Below are positions 1 through 19,100 of a stretch of 64,000 nucleotides of DNA, one piece after another (position 1 is the stretch's first letter; every line of letters starts with the position of its first letter). The stretch lies in assembly GCF_009914755.1 (NCBI RefSeq), contig NC_060930.1; one strand, written 5' to 3'. The translations under genes and the position numbers were made by a program. Origin of the DNA: the human T2T-CHM13v2.0 reference genome, Homo sapiens. The notes under the pieces were generated by a model that worked only from the letters and a program-made list of their open reading frames with translations, did no database searches and was not told where the DNA came from.

Positions 1-59
1 CTAGTACTGAAGTTAGCCCTATGCTTTTAATAAAAATAAAGCTAAATATATAATAATAC

Positions 60-1638
60 AATTTTCAGACATTGGATAGCATACAGTATAGGACCATGAT
101 CCCTGACAAATGGGAACTGCAAGTGATGAGATCCACTGTTGATCTAGCTTTGTGACTGAGCACAATGTAGGCACTGTCTGGGCATATGTGTGGAAAGATA
201 GGGTCAAAACTAAACTCAGAAGCATAGTGCTTTCACTGAACTTTGGAGGCAAACACTGGAGTTTGATGATACTTGGACTGCTGATATTTGTTAGGTAGGC
301 TATTAAAGAAAAGTGAGCTGTGCAGGAATACATTTCCCCAAACCTGCGTAAGTACTCCATCAACTATCTGCCAGAATACAATGCAGAACATGGCTAGAGT
401 GAAATTTTACAACACCTGGCACAGAACACCTGCTGGAAACCTGTGAACTGAATGGAGCTTGGAGATTTCACAGTAACAGGAGGCACACCTTTCTACAAAA
501 TAAGTGAATGTCAGAAAAAAACACAGTACTCATTAAAGAAAGAATACAAAATACAGACCTTCAGCTATGTAGAATCCACAATGTCCAGCAAACAATAAAG
601 TATTACTAGTACTGAAAAAAAAAAAACAAAAAACCAAAAAATGTTTCCTCCGACCAAGAAAACAGCACGTAATAGAAAGGACTTTGACAAACCCAGACAT
701 TGAAATTAGCAAACACAGGCAAACAACAACAACAAGAACAAAAATGTGTAAAAGCAACTGTTATAAAGTCACATCAAAGCCATAAGTCACATCTTTAAAA
801 GAAAATGTAGTCATAATGAATAAATGGATAGGAAATTTTGTCAGAGAAGTGGAAGCTATTAAAGAAAACTAAATTGAAGTTTTTGACATGAAATTGAGTC
901 TACTGAAAGGACTTAACAGTAACTTTAGAGTAGCAGAAAAAAGAGTTGGTAAATTTAAGAGGACAATAGAAATTATGCAATCTGAGGAACAGTTTGGGTA
1001 AACAAAAATAGAAAAAAAAAACCCAAAGTCTTAATGACCTGGGGCAATAACAAATAATCTAATATAAGGGGAATTAGAGTCCTAGAAAAAAAAACAGAAA
1101 AATGTTTGAAGAAATAATGGTACCATGTTTTCCAATTTGGCAAACAACAGCTTAGAGATCCAAAAGCTTCATCAACTTTAAACAGAATAATAAATAAGTA
1201 ATATTAAAACTGATTAGAATGAAAGGTAAATTGAAGATCTTGGAAATATTCAGAGAAAATAACACACAACATAAAGGAAATAGCTATGCAAAAGGTATCA
1301 GGCTTCTCATCAAAGAAAATTAAAGGGAAAAAGAGGAGGGAACATTGTTCAACACATAACTGTCAACCCAAAATTCTATATGCAGTGAAAATGTTCAAAA
1401 GCAAAGGCAAAATAAATACATTTTTTATATAAACAAAAACTAAGAAAAAACATTGTCAACAGGTCTTTTTTAATAAGAAATGCTAAAGAAAGGTTCCTCA
1501 AGCTGAAGCAAATTGACAAAAGATGGAAACTCTAAAGAGTTGGTAAATCCCAAAAAAGTACACAAAGCACAAATAACAAAAATTATATATTCCCTTTTAA
1601 ATTTTAAAAGTAAAATTTTGTTTTAAAAGCAAAATTAT
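60..1638 (+). mobile_element. Ancient L1 (L1M-class) 5' region and ORF1 remnant; left part of an element interrupted by the L1PA8-like insertion
   Basis: A-rich, with degenerate L1 ORF1-like phrases (e.g. 'aatagaaattatgcaatctgagg', 'tttgaagaaataatgg', 'aactgtcaacccaaaattctatatgcagtgaaaatg'). Boundaries approximate. Confidence 0.65.
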
Positions 1639-4600
1639 TATTATTTTTTAATTTTACTGTAAGTTCCAAGAAACATGTGCAGAATGTGCTGGTTTGTTAC
1701 ATAGATATTCATGTGCCATGGTGGTTTGCTGCACCTATCAACCTGTCATCTAGGTTTTCAGCCCTGCATGCATTAGCTATTTGTCTTAATGCTCTCCCTC
1801 CTCCAGCCTCCCACCCCGCCCCCCAACAGGCCCTCCCTGCTATGTGTTGTTTCCTTCCCTGTGTCCATGTGTTCTCATTGTTCAACTCCTACTTAAGAGT
1901 GAGAATACACGGTGTTTGGTTTTCTGTTCCTGTGTTAGTTTGCTGAGGATGATGGCTTCCAGCTTCATCCATGTCCTACAAAGGACATGATCTCATTCCT
2001 TTTTATGGCTGCATAGTTTTCCATGGTGTATATGTGCCACATTTTCTTTATTCAGTCTATCATTGTTTGGCATTTGGGTTGGTTCCATGTCTTTGCTATT
2101 GTAAATAGTGCTGCAGTAAATATACATATGCATGTGTCTTTATAGTAGAATTATTTATATTCTTTTGGGTATATACCCAGTAATGGGATTCCTGATGGTA
2201 TTTCTGGTTCTAGATCCTTGAGGAATCGCCACAGTGTCTTCCACAATGGTTGAAATAATTTACATTCCCAGCAACAGTATACAAGTGTTCCTATTGCTCC
2301 ACAGCCTCACCAGCATCTATTGTTTTTTTGACTTCTTAATAATCTCCATTCTGACTGGCATGAGATGGTATCTCATTGTGGTGGTTTTGATTTGCATTTC
2401 TCTAATGATGATTGGTGTTGAGCTTTTTTTCATATGTTTGTTGTCTGCATAAGCGTCTTCTTTTGAGAAGTGTCTGCTCATATACTTTACCCACTTTTTG
2501 ATGGAGTTGTTTGGCTTTTCGTGTAAATTTGTTTAAGTTCCTTGTAGATCCTGAACATAAGACCTTTGTCAGATGGGTAGATTGCAAAACTTTCTCCCAT
2601 TCTGTAGTTTGCCTGTTCACTCTGATGATAGTTTCTTTTGCTGAGCAGAAGCTCTTTAGTTCAACTGGATCCCATGTGTCAGTTTTGGCTTTTGTTGCCA
2701 TTGCTTTTGGCGTTTTAGTCATGAAATCTTTGCCCATGCCTATGCCCTAAATTGCATTACCTATTTTTTCTTCTAGGGTTTTTATGGTTTGGGGTTTTGC
2801 ATTTAAGTCTTTAATCCATCTTGAGATAATTTTTGTATAAAGTGTAAGGAAGGGGTCCAGTTTGAGTTTTATGCATATGGCTAACCAGTTTTCCCAGCAC
2901 CATTTATTAAATAGAAAATCCTTTCCCCATTGCTTGTTTTTTTCAGGTTTGTTGAAGAGCAGACGGTTGTAGATGTGTGGTGTTATTTCTGAGGTCTCTG
3001 TTCTTTTCCATTGGTCTATATGTCTGTTTTGGTACCATTAGCATGCTGATTCTGTTATTATAGCTTTGTAGTATAGTTTGAAATTGAGTAGCGTGATGCC
3101 TCCAGCTTTGTTCTTTTTGCTTAGGATTGTCTTGGCTATACAGGCTGTTTTTTGGTTACATAAAAAATTTAAAGTAGTTTTTCTTTTCTAATTCTGTGAA
3201 GAATTTCAATGGTAGTTTGATGGGAAGAGCATAGGATCTATGAATTACTTTCGGCAGTATGGCAATTTTTATGATATTGATTCTTTCTGTCCATAAGGAT
3301 TTGGACCTCATGGATTTGGATTCTGTCCATTGGTTTGTGTCCTTTCTTATTTCCCTGAGCAGTGGTTTGTAGTTTTCCTTGAAGAGGTCCTTCATGTCCC
3401 TTGTTGGGTGTATTCCTAGGTATTTTATTCTCTTTGTAGCAATTGTGAAGGGGAGTTCATGATTTGGCTCTCTGCTTGTCTATTGTTGGTATATAGGAAT
3501 GCTTGTGATTTTTTGCACATTGTATCCTGAGACTTTGCTGAAGTTGCTTATCAGCTTAAGGAGTTTTTAAGCTGAGATGATGGGGTTTTCTAAATATACA
3601 ATCATGCCATCTGCAAAGAGAGACAATTTGACTTCCTGTCTTCCTATTCGAATATGCTTTATTTCTTTCTCTTGCCTGGATTGCCCTGGCCCGAACTTCC
3701 AATATTATGTTGAACAGGAGTGCTGAGAGAGGTCATTCTTGTCTTGTGCCAGTTTTCAAAGGAAATGTTTATAGCATTTGCCCATTCACTATGATATTGG
3801 CTGTGGGTTTGTCATAAATAGCTCTTATTATTTTGAGATATGTTCCATCAGCACCTACTTCATTGAGAGCTTTTAACATAAAGCAATGTTTAATTTTATT
3901 GAAGGCCTTTTCCACATCTATTGAGATAATCTTTTGGTTTTTGTCATTCGTTCGGTTTATGTGAGAGACTACGTTTATTGATTTGCCTATGTTGGACCAA
4001 CCTTGCATTTTACAGATCGATCCGACTTGATTGTGTAAATAAGCTTTTTGATGTGCTGCTGGTTTCAGTTTGCCAGTATTTTATTGAGGATTTTTACATC
4101 AATGTTCATCAGGGATATTGGCCTGAAGTTTTCTTTTTTTGTTGTGTCTCTGCCAGGTTTTGGTATCAGAATGATTCTGGTCCTATGAAATCAGAAGGGA
4201 GGGCATAATCCCTCCTTTTCAAATTTTTGGAATAATTTCATAAGGAATGGCATCAGCTCCTCCTTGTACCTCTGGTAGAATTCAGCTGTGAATCTTTCTG
4301 GTCCTAGGCTTTATTTGGTTGGTAGGTTAATTACTGCTTCAATTTCAGAACTTGATATTGGTCTATTCAGGGATTTGATTTCTTTCTAGTTTAGTCTTCA
4401 GAGGGTGTGTGTGTCCAGGAATTTATCCATTTCTTCTAGATTTTCTAGATTATTTGTGTAGAGTTGTTTACAGTATTGACTGCTGGTAGTTTGTATTTCT
4501 GTGGGGTCAATGGTGATATCCCCCTTATCATTTTTTATTGTGTCTATTTGATTCTTCTTTCTTTTCTTCTTTATTAGTCTAGCTAGTGGCCAATTTTGTT

Positions 4601-7600
4601 AGTTTTTCATAAAACCAGCTCCTGGATTCATGGATTTTTTGGAGGGTTTTTCATGTCTCTATCTCCCTTAGTTCTGCTCTGATCTTAGCTATTTCTCGTC
4701 TTCTGCTAGCTTTTGGATTTGTTTGCTCTTGCATCTCTACTTCTTTTAATGTGATATTAAGGTGTCAATTTGAGATCTTTCTAATTTTCTTTTGTGGGCA
4801 TTTAGTGCTGTAAATTTCCCTCTTAACACTGCTTTAGCTGTGTCCCAGAGATTCTGGTGTGTTGTCCTTTGTTCTCATTGGTTTCAAAGAACTTCTTGAT
4901 TTCTGCCTTAATTTCATTATTTATCTAGGAGTCATTCAGGGGCAGGTTGTTCAATTTCCATGTAGTTGTGTGGTTTTTACTGAGTTTCTTAACCCTGAGT
5001 TCTAATTTGATTGCACTGTGGTCTGAGTGACTGTTATGATTTCTGTTCTTTTGCATTTGCTGAGGAGTGTTTTACTTCCAATTATGTGGTCAATTTTAGA
5101 ATAGTGCCATGTGGCACTGAGAAGAATGTATATTCTACTGATTTGGGCTGGAGAGTTCTGTAGGTGTCTATTAGGTCCACTTGATCCAGAGCTGAGTTCA
5201 AGTCCTGAATATCTTTGTTAATTTTCTGTCTTGTTGATCTGTTTAATATTGACAGTGGGGTGTTGTGTGGGACTCTACGTCTCTTTGTAGGTCTCCAAGA
5301 ACTTGTTTTATGAATCCGGGTGCTCCTATATTGGGTGCATGTATATTTAGAATAGTTAGCTCTTCTTGTTGCATTGATACCTTTACCATTATGTAATGCC
5401 TTTCTTTGTCTTTTTTATCTTTGATGCTTTAAAGTTTCTTTTGTCAGAGACTAGGATTGCAACTCCTGCTTTTTTCTGCTTTCCATTTGCTTGGTAAATT
5501 TTCCTCCATCCCTTTATTTTAATCCCATGTGTGTCTTTGCATGTGAGATGGTTCTCCTGAATACAGCACACCGAAGGGTCTTGACTCTTTATCTAATTTG
5601 CCAGTCTGTGTCTTTTAATTGGGCATTTTGCCCATTTACATTTAAGGTTAATATCGTTATGTGTGAATTTGATCATGTCATCATGATGCTAGCTGGTTAT
5701 TTTGCACAATAATTGATGCAATTTCTTCATAGTGTCATTGGTCTTTATATTGTGGTGTGTTTTTGCAGTGGCTGGTAGCAGTTTTTCCTTTCCATATTTA
5801 GTGCTTCCTTCAGGAGCTCTTGCAAGGCAGGCCTGGTGGTGATGAAATCCCTCAGCATTTGTTGTCTGGAAGAGATTTTATTTCTCCTTCGCTTATTCAG
5901 CTTAGTTTGGCTGGATATGAAACTCTGGGTTGAAAATTCTTTTCTTTAACAATGTAGAACATCTCTTTCAGGCATTCCAATCAATCGTAGGTTCAGTCTT
6001 TTTACATAGTCCCATATTTCCCAGAGGTTTTGTTTGCTCCTCTTCATTCTGTTTTCTCTAATCTTGTCTGCATGCCTTATTTCAGCAAGATGGTCTTCAA
6101 TCTCTGATATACTTTTTTCTGCTTGATCGATTTGGCTATCATTACTTCTATATGCTTCACAAAGTTCTCGTGCTGTGTTTTTCAGCTCCACCAGGTCATT
6201 TATGTTCCTCTCTAAACTGGTTATTGTAGTTAGCAGCTCCAGTAACTTTTTCTCAAGGTTCTTAGCTTATTTGCATTGGGTTAGAACATGCTCCTTTAGC
6301 TCAGAGGAGATTGTTATTACCCACCTCCTGAAGCCTACTTCTGTCAATTTGTCCATCTCATCCTCCGTTCAGTTCTGTGCCCTTGCTGGAGAGGTGTTGC
6401 GATTATTTGAAGGAGAAGAGGCATTTTGGGTTTGGAATTTTCAGTGTTTTTGCGTTGGTTTTCCCCCATCTTCTTGGACTTATCTACTTTTGGTCTTTGA
6501 GGCTAATGAACTTTGGATGGGGTTTTTGTCGGCGGGGTCTTTTTTTTGTTCATGTTGTTTTTGTTGTTGCTTTCTGTTTGTTAGTTTTTCTTCCAACAGT
6601 AAGGCCCCTCTTCTGCAGGTCTGCTGCAGTTTTCTGGGGGTCCACTCCAGACTCTGTTCACCTGGATAACACCAGTGGAGGCTGCAGAACAGCAAAGATT
6701 GCTGCCTGCTCCTTCCTCTGGAAGCTTTGTCCCAGAGGGACAGCGTCATGATGCCAGCCGGATCTTTCCTGTATGAGGTGTCTGTCAACCCCTGTTGGGA
6801 GGTCTCTCCCAGTCAGGAGGCATGGGGTCAGGGACCTGCTTGAGGAGGCAATCTGTCCCTTAGCAGAGCTGGTGTGCTGTGCTGGGAGAATCCCCCTTGT
6901 CAGGATCAGCCACTCTCTTCAGACCCGGCAGGCAGGCAGGAAAGATTAAGTCCACTGAACCTGAGACCACAGCTGCCCCTCCCCACAGGTGTTCTGTCCC
7001 AGGGAGATGAGACTGCTGTCTGTAAGCCCCTGACTGGAGTTGCTGCCCTTCCTGGAGAGTAGGGGTCTAGAGAACCAGTCTGGCCACAACTGCTTTTCTG
7101 CACTGTGGTGAATTCTGCCCAGTCCAAACCTCCCAGTCTTACTAGCACTGTCATAGGAAAACCGCCTACTAAAGCCACAGTAATGGTGGTCATGCCCCCC
7201 ACCCCCACCACAACCTCAGTCATCCCAGGCAGACTCCAGACTGCTGTGCTGGCAGTGGAAATTTCAAGCCGGTTGTTCTTGGCTTGCTGGGCTCTGTGAG
7301 AATGGAACCCACTGAGCGAGACTGCTTGACTCCCTGGCTTCAGCCCCCTTTCCAGGGGAGTAAACAGTTCTCCTATCTCCCTGGAGTTCCAGGCCCTGCT
7401 GAAGTATGAAAAAACTCCTGCAGCTCAGTGTCTTCCCAGACTGGCAGGTTTCAAGCTGCCCAGTTTTGTGCTTGAAACCTGTGACCCTGGTGGTGTAGGC
7501 TCAATAGGGAATATCCTGATCCGCGCATTGGAAAAATCCCTAGGAAAAGTGTAGTATTCCTGGTGGGTAGAACAGTCCCTCACCACTTTCCTTGGCTGGG

Positions 7601-7814
7601 GGAGAAAGGTGCCCTGCTCCATACACTTCCTGCATGAAGCGATACCCTACTCTGCTTCTGTTCACTCTCTGTGGGTTGTGCCCACTGCCTGGCCAGTCCC
7701 AGTGAGATGAACTGGGTACCTCAGTTGGAAATGCAGAAATCACCCACCTTCTGTGTTAGTCTCGCTGGGAGCTGTAGACCAGAGCTATTCCTATTCGGCC
7801 ATCTTGGCCCCTCC
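1639..7814 (-). mobile_element. Full-length but decayed LINE-1, L1PA8-like (5'UTR, ORF1, ORF2, 3'UTR, eroded tail)
   Basis: T-rich tail at ~1639. 3'UTR 'taggttttcagccctgcatgcattagctatttgtc' is L1PA7/8 type. Minus-strand ORF fragments match ORF2 ([74 protein letters not shown]) and ORF1 (MELKNTARELCEAY). 5' end 'cggccatcttggcccctcc' at 7796-7814. Imperfect TSD gcaaaattat (1629-1638) / acagaattat (7815-7824). Many stops and frameshifts. Confidence 0.93.
7796..7806 (-). promoter_or_regulatory. YY1-binding motif at the L1 5' end (CAAGATGGCCG)
   Basis: The + strand reads cggccatcttg, the reverse complement of the canonical L1 5'UTR YY1 site, at the expected terminal position. Confidence 0.7.
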
Positions 7815-7824
7815 ACAGAATTAT

Positions 7825-12900
<5,076 letters not shown>

Positions 12901-13872
12901 ATGTCTGGAGCAATATTAAAAACTTGGAAGTAAAGTAATACATAGTCCTTCCTTTAAAAATTCACAAATACTTTTAATATCTTGTTAAAGTATAACCTTG
13001 CCTTTTGCAAACACTATTCAGAAAGGGATCTCAGTGACTACCCACAAGTGAACTAATAATTGTATGTAATTTCAAAATTGACATTTTTTAACGCTGCACA
13101 ATATATGCACATTATTTTCTAAATTACATTTTTATTTTACTCAAAAAATTGTATTAAAAAGGAAATTCTTCCAAAACTTGGATTTTGCTTCCCCTGTATT
13201 TGTCTGTAATCAAATGTCTCATGGATACTGGTTCAATTTTATATTGAAAGTTTAGAAACTGCAATTTAACACCTGTTAGATTTCCTATTTTTATATGATT
13301 TTCAAATTCAGATTATTCTATTCTACTACTTTTTAACTTATCCCTTTACTTTGTTAATTTATAACTTTGCTATTCTATTGCTTCTATCCAAATACAATAT
13401 GCTAATTAGTAATAAAATGTGTTGTGCTTCAACAATGCTTCAAAAATCATGAGGTCAGAGTAGAACACATGGGTTGAACAACTTTAGATTCAAGAGAATA
13501 TTAAAATGAACTATTCTTATTATTTCATAATTCTTGTTCCTAGACCATAACTTCTCTCATTCAATTGATTTAAACTAAATAATGTATTTTTATTAAGTAT
13601 AATCATTCATGAAATAAACACAATGTTGTGCTTATTCCACTGAAGTTTAATATGACATGTTATGTGAGTCAGGAGAGACTATTCATGAACAATATTAGTA
13701 ATGACTTCCAAAATAGAAGTTAGTGGGTTTAAACACATTTATATCTTTTAAAGGAAAACCTAGATCATTACTCTGTTAAGTGAATTAGTGATATTCTAAA
13801 ACAATCATTTGTTATTCCATTATCTTATTTTTCCATAGTATCAATAAGTAGTCATTATATACATGAAACTAA

Positions 13873-14332
<460 letters not shown>

Positions 14333-15469
14333 GAAATTATTTCTAATTATTGAAAAATTAAAATTATCTGTGTCACAGGCACTACTCACAAATAGCTATC
14401 AAGGGTAGTATACAAAATATATGATACAGATATATAGATAATTAGCTCTGCTCCCTATCATACCTGAGTGTGAAAAGTCATAAAAATAGATTAAATATTT
14501 TTATTGATTGTATGTGTTATCAGGATATATATTTGCACTCTGATTTCTATACCTAACTCCGTTAAATGCTAATGATATGCTTTTGATAGGCTTTCCTTTT
14601 TAGATTCCAATTTTCTACTGTTTCTGTAAGAAAGTAATGATACTTAAATCCTCATCTCTCACAAATAATGTTTCTGATGATCAGGTTGACCTTCTTAGCT
14701 TAATTAATTCAAGAACTAAGCTGCCCACATTTTTAAGCTATCCTCAATTATACAGGATATAACTACTGTGTTGAGTTTTGTTTTACTTTTTATTTAAATT
14801 ATATTTTATTTGAAAGGAAAAATGGTGAGTATTTTCCACAGGAAATAGATACTAGATATTAGCAATTTATGCCCATATTTTAAAGATGTATTAATGATAT
14901 ACCTGTAAACATAATTTATATTATTAATATATTACCTTATTTCATATTTTCATATTTATGCTAACTTCATTATTTTACCTGTGTATGGTGAAACTTAAGA
15001 ACTAGACTCTTTTTAAGACAGAACCAACATTTTCCCCATCTTTTCCCCATTCCTTATGGTTGCTAGTACACTGCACTATCCACCAACTCATTTCTTGTCA
15101 ATAGGAAGTTACTGCTTTATCCAATCTATTTGATAGAGAGTTAGGATGCGAAAGTATATCACTATTAATGCTCAGAAGAGGGTAGGTTTTGAAAGCAATG
15201 TATAAGAATTAATCAAAATGATTTAGTGAAAAATGTGTATTTGGAATATGTCCTCATTTAGTCAAATAGCCTTACTTCCACTGTCTTTCATCCAATCAAA
15301 TATGTAGTGCTTGGGAGCAAACAATGGATGTACATATTTGTTGGAAAACAGATGCTATGTTTCCATTTGGTAATATGTCTATAACAGAGCTTTTAATGTA
15401 ATTGCACAGAATCTCTTGTTAGTTGTTGTAAAGTAATAGTAGTAAAGAAGAGGATAACGACTATTAATT

Positions 15470-15730
15470 GAGCACTTTTGCTCCAGTATACATGTGCTAA
15501 GTACTTGCCAAGTACCATAAAGTTTATATTAGGAATATAGTGTTTGATTTCTATGCTCAAATTTGAAGAAGGGATGCTTTTCAAGCCAACTTTTGTGTAA
15601 TGATGGCCAACATTTATAACTTACTAAATAAAAAGTAGATACTATTAGTAACTTCATTTTGCAAATGAAAAAACTAAATCACAGAGTACTTATGCATAAA
15701 AAGTGGAGGCAGAAACCTGTCTCCAGAACT
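15470..15730 (-). mobile_element. MIR-like SINE remnant
   Basis: Degenerate MIR core 'ttcattttgcaaatgaaaaaactaaatcacagag'. Confidence 0.45.
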
Positions 15731-15859
15731 CATGCGCTTAACTTCTACATACTATTATTCTATAAAACTAGATGGAAGAATGGATGAATGGAGAGACAGT
15801 CATGCTTATGCAATGAGAGGCATACATGATCTCTTTGGGCCATCTCACACATGTCAATT

Positions 15860-16400
15860 AAGTTCAGTAAGCATTTACTTACTTATTTACTTACCTACTA
15901 TGTATCAAGGAATGTCACAAAAGATAACAACAGAAGAATGTCTTTGAAGGCCACCAAGCGTACTTAAATTTAAATCAATAAATATCTAATAAAGGCTTAC
16001 TACAAACCAAAGGATATCTTCATCCCAGTTGATAAAAAGATCTTTGCCTAGTAGAGGAGCTTATAATATAGTTGGAGATTAACAAATAAATGTCATGTAG
16101 GAAGAGTAAAACAAGATATGTGTAATCAGGACAAGCTGCTATTAGGCAAAAATACTAATGCTGAATCTTGAAGAATAGATTGAAATTTTGAACGGACATG
16201 GTGGTGAGGGAATACCAGATATCAGAATCAGCACCCAAAAAGGCAGATAAAGATCACTTAACATAGTATATTCAAAGAATACAGACAATATATTATGGGC
16301 AGAGTATCAGGTCTTGGATATGATAGAGTGAGTGACTATCAAATGAATTTGGAGACCAGGGTGGAAGCCAGAAATAACTGCTACAAATGAGCCATGCTAT
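15860..16400 (-). mobile_element. L2-like remnants
   Basis: Weak L2 3'-end phrases ('ttcagtaagcatttact...cctactatgtatcaagg', 'gctgaatcttgaagaataga'). Confidence 0.4.
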
Positions 16401-16848
16401 CATTGGTTAGTTTTGCTTAAAAACAATATTATGTTCTAAAAGCATTAGCTGACAACTATGTGATCAGCAGATCAGCAGAGATAACAAGGATTAACCAGCT
16501 GGACATACCCATCTAAATATTAAATGTTCAACTCAATGTGCATGCCCTCCTCATTAGCTTTGGAAATGTCAAACAATTCTTTAACAAACTGGGAGGAAAG
16601 GTCACAATCACATCCCATCTGGAAATGAGCCCCAGTGCCTCTATTCTTCTAGTTGTCATCCAATAGGACATCCAATAGTCAAACCTAAGGTACTAACAAC
16701 TTATTTTATCTAACTCCAGTCATGTGTCTACATGAGCCCATAGTTTCAAGATAGTATTTCCTTTGGGTTTAGTTTTGTTGGTGTAGTTTATTTGTCTGTT
16801 TTTTGATCTCACTATTGGTATTACTTTTGGGGCTTGCAGATGTGACCC

Positions 16849-17291
16849 TGTGATCGTTAATACTGAGTGTCAACTTGATTGAATTGAAGGATATGAAGTA
16901 TTGATCCTGGGTGTGTCTGTGGGTGTGCCAAAGGAGATTAACATTTGAGTCAGGGGGCTGAAAAAGGCAGACCCACCCTTAATCTGGGTAGGCACCATCT
17001 AATCAGCTGCCAGTGTGACTAGAATATAAAGCAGGCAAAAGAACATGAAAAGACTAGACTGGCCTAGCCTCCCAGCCTACATCTTTCTCCTGTGCTGGAT
17101 GCTTCCTGCCCCTGAACATTAGACTCTAAGTTCTTCAGTTTTGGGACTCAGGCTGGTTTTCCTTGTTCCTCGGGTTGCAGACGGCCTATTGTGGGACCTT
17201 GTGATCCTGTGAGTTAATACTTAATAAACTCCCATATATATGTATTGTGTCCCTATTACTTCTGTCCCTCTAGAGAATCCTGACTAATACA
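16849..17291 (+). mobile_element. 5' LTR, MLT2A1
   Basis: Begins 'tgtgatcgttaatactgagtgtcaacttgattgaattgaagg' and ends 'agagaatcctgactaataca' (TG...CA). 443 bp, with TATA-like 'tataaa' and AATAAA. Confidence 0.92.
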
Positions 17292-17389
17292 GATTTTGGT
17301 ACCAGGAGTGGTTCTAGAGGAACTGAATAGTAAAAATTGAGTTCTTTCTTTGGTTTTGGGGTTTCTGGAGTTGGCTTCTTAATATGATT

Positions 17390-19100
17390 AGACATCAAAA
17401 TGCTAAGGACTCTACTTCTAATGGTATGGAGAACACTGATAGTCCTTGGCATGAACTGTTTAGAGAGTTATGAAATGTAAATGCACTTGACACTCCTCAT
17501 TCACCACTCGTAAGAGGCAAGGAGTTTAGTGACTCTATACATAATGCCTTTGACCATATGTGGAGAACCAAGGAACATAACGAAGCTGGTTGGTTGCTCC
17601 TAAGTTCACCGAACAAAGTGATGAAAGAAAATGATGAACTCAGGGATTCTAACTCCTGGCTTCAGAAGCAGGTACTGAGCCTAAATCTGCTAAGATTGCC
17701 CTGAGTGAGTCTTATCTCCTGTAGAGAAAGAGCTGAAATTGTGGACAAACAGACACAAGCTCTTATCATGTGAGTGGCTGACCTGCAATGCAAGGTGCAT
17801 GCACAGCTTTGGCAGGTGTCTACTGTTAGAGTGAGGGCATTGATTGGAAAAGAATGGGACCCTGCAACTTGGAATGGGGATGTGTGGGGGAACTCTGCTG
17901 AAGCATGCGACACTGAGTTTGTAAACTCTGATGAACCTTTTTTGCCAGAAAAGACAGCTTCCCCATCCCCAGTAGTGGCAACATCCCCTCCATGAACTAT
18001 GCTGCTATCAGCCTTTCAACCTTTCTTTGAGGAGATTAACCCTGAACTGCGTGAGGCAAGAGTGATGGCCTCCCCTGAGGCAGTTGCCAGACAAGATAAT
18101 GTTGACTCTCCTCAGGACCCACCCCCAACACCCCATTTGCTTCTAGAGCTATAACTAGACTAAAGTCCTGGTTGGCCCCTAGATGTGAGGTTGAGAGTGT
18201 GACCCATGAGGAGGTGCCCTACACTCAAAAATAACTGCTTGAGTTTTCTAATTTATATAAACGGAAATCTGGAGAACAGGCATGGAAATGGATATTAAGG
18301 GTGTGGAAGGAACATAAAGTTGGATGAGGCTGAATTTATTGATTTGGGCCCAATAAGTAGGGACTCTGTATTTAATGTTGCAGCTTGGGGAGTTAAAAAA
18401 GGTTGTAATAGTTTATTTGCTTGGTTAGTGGAAATATGGATTAAAAGATGGCCCACTGTGAGTGAGGTGGAAATGCCTGATATCCCCTGGTTTAATGTAG
18501 AGGAAGGGATCAAAAGGCTTAGGGAGAATGGGATGGTGGAGTGGATTAGTCACTTTAGACCTACTCATCCTAGCTGGGAGGGTCCAGAAGATATACCCTT
18601 GACCAATGCCTTATGAAATAGATTTGTGAGAGTGAAATGGTTGCAGCACCTGCATCTTTGAATAGCCCTGTAATTTCTCTTCTCTGTATGCCAGATCTAA
18701 CAGTGGGAACCACAGTCACTCAACTACAAAATTTAAATACAATGGGAATAATTGGATTCTGAGGTGGCAAGGGCCAAGTGGTAGCAATCAACCATCAAAG
18801 GCAAGGTGGGCGTAGCTACCATAATGGACAGCAGAGGCAAAGGGGCAATCAGAATAGTCTGACTCATGTAGAGCTCTGGCATTGGCTAATGAATCACAGT
18901 GTTTCTAGAAATGAAATTGGTAGTAAGCCTACTGCATTCCTACTTAATTTATATAAACTGAAAACTTCCAGGTCGAGTGGATGAAAGACTAATTTGAATT
19001 ATCAAAACAAAGAATCATGGCCCTGTAATCAATTTCCAGACTTGAGCCAGCTTATAGACCCAGATCCCCTTAAATGAAGGGGTGGCTGGGTACCCTTGAG
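17390..19100 (+). pseudogene. HERV-L gag remnant
   Basis: Fragments such as VSTVRVRALIGKEWDPATWNGDVW, DEAEFIDLGPISRDSVFNVAA and KRWPTVSEVEMPDIPW, broken by stops and frameshifts. Boundaries approximate. Confidence 0.85.

Noticed and set aside
19-363. 114-aa minus-strand ORF
   Set aside because: No recognisable protein similarity, and it lies in probable ancient L1 5' sequence.
762-795. Short direct repeat 'aagtcacatc' x2 (similar to 'cataagaaact' x2 at ~33943-33971)
   Set aside because: Ordinary micro-duplications inside decayed L1 sequence.
6175-6788. Overlapping 100-164 aa ORFs
   Set aside because: They are antisense or off-frame readings of the L1 ORF1 and 5'UTR. I could not confirm an intact ORF0.
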